Source: Mobula hypostoma
Lineage: Eukaryota
DNA: 64,000 bases
Assembly (NCBI RefSeq): GCF_963921235.1
Contig: NC_086097.1
Span: 131,132,001 to 131,196,000, forward strand
Direction: 5' to 3'
The notes below the pieces were generated by a model, which was not told the DNA's origin, did no database searches, and saw only the letters and a program-made list of their open reading frames with translations. This document shows positions 63,201-64,000 of this stretch, one piece after another (positions within the stretch are counted from its first letter, which is position 1; every line of letters begins with the position of its first letter). The position numbers and the translations under genes were made by a program.

Positions 63201-64000
63201 ACGTGGTGTACTGTACATTTTAAATGATTTGAAATTTATTGGCACCAGGCACATACTTAGTCCTCAGACTGCATGCCTTTATTAGTGTGTTGAGTTGGGC
63301 TACTAATTAGTATGTACCAATTAATCAACTAAACATTAACAATTAAATGGAAGTAAGAGGCACTGCAGTTAGTTTGGGAGAGGAGGGGTGGGAAACAGTT
63401 TTTTCATGAGGTCTGTTAAAGCATTGTTTCAGTACAGAAATGTTAAAATTAAATGAAGAAAATAATGTTTCTTGTGCTGAGATGCTCTATTTCAAAAACA
63501 GACAAAAAAATCCCACCTCTACGATTTCAAGAACAAATAAGGCATGTTTGCTCAAAAATACTGTAAATCTGGTGTATATGTCTACTTGTGAGTACTCTTC
63601 AAAGAGTGTATGTGTAAAAGTGACTTGTACACTGGTGCAAATTATACACTGGATTTTATGATAATTGAAGTTGGAAGTGAATGTATCTAGAGCAAGTCAC
63701 ATGCTAAAGTTTTAAAATGTCATTTAATGGAGATTTCACTTCCTCACACAAAATTTTATCCTCTTTTATCTGAAATACATCTCTGACTTAAAAGGGCTAG
63801 ATAGCAGCTTCAAAAACATTTAAATTTCTCATTCCCAAACCCCCACTCCCCAAAATGCAGTTATAATAGCAATTGCTTGCATTGGAAAAAAAAATAAAAA
63901 TGACACATCTGCAACCTTATATTCTTCCTAAAGATGAGAAGAGAGACTTCCAGACTTTACTGGAGTATCTGGGTTCAATTTAAATTAATGTGGCTGTTAC

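Noticed and set aside
1..64000. tRNA, rRNA, snRNA or miRNA genes
   Set aside because: None recognisable by eye; the hairpins found are either TE-derived or too short for a pre-miRNA.

Overview
Eukaryotic (vertebrate) non-coding DNA. The repeat inventory (CR1 LINEs with an SGNH/esterase ORF1, V-SINE/HE1-like and DeuSINE-like SINEs, Rex1/Babar LINEs, Neptune-type Penelope-like elements) points to a cartilaginous fish, probably a ray or shark (inference). I found no recognisable host protein-coding gene. Bases 1 to about 49.5 kb are a dense, nested field of retroelements. It contains several CR1 copies, a complete but decayed sushi/Tf1-type chromoviral Gypsy element (28052-34209) with a self-priming PBS and a young RTE LINE inserted in frame in its integrase, a second truncated Gypsy, RLE-type LINE ends, and Harbinger, Tigger-like and hAT-like DNA transposon derivatives. 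The most striking system is a graded series of Penelope-like (PLE) insertions, from a 1.85 kb GIY-YIG-coding fold-back element down to roughly 200-400 bp non-coding fold-backs. Each carries a minimal type-I hammerhead ribozyme motif. The youngest copies have 11-13 bp target-site duplications, and the two clean fold-backs have a 34-37 nt tail on one arm only. From about 50.5 kb the sequence is largely TE-poor, with a visibly CpG-enriched block (about 51-55 kb) and homeobox-motif-rich stretches that look regulatory or UTR-like. Boundaries of decayed repeats are approximate because they were read by eye.
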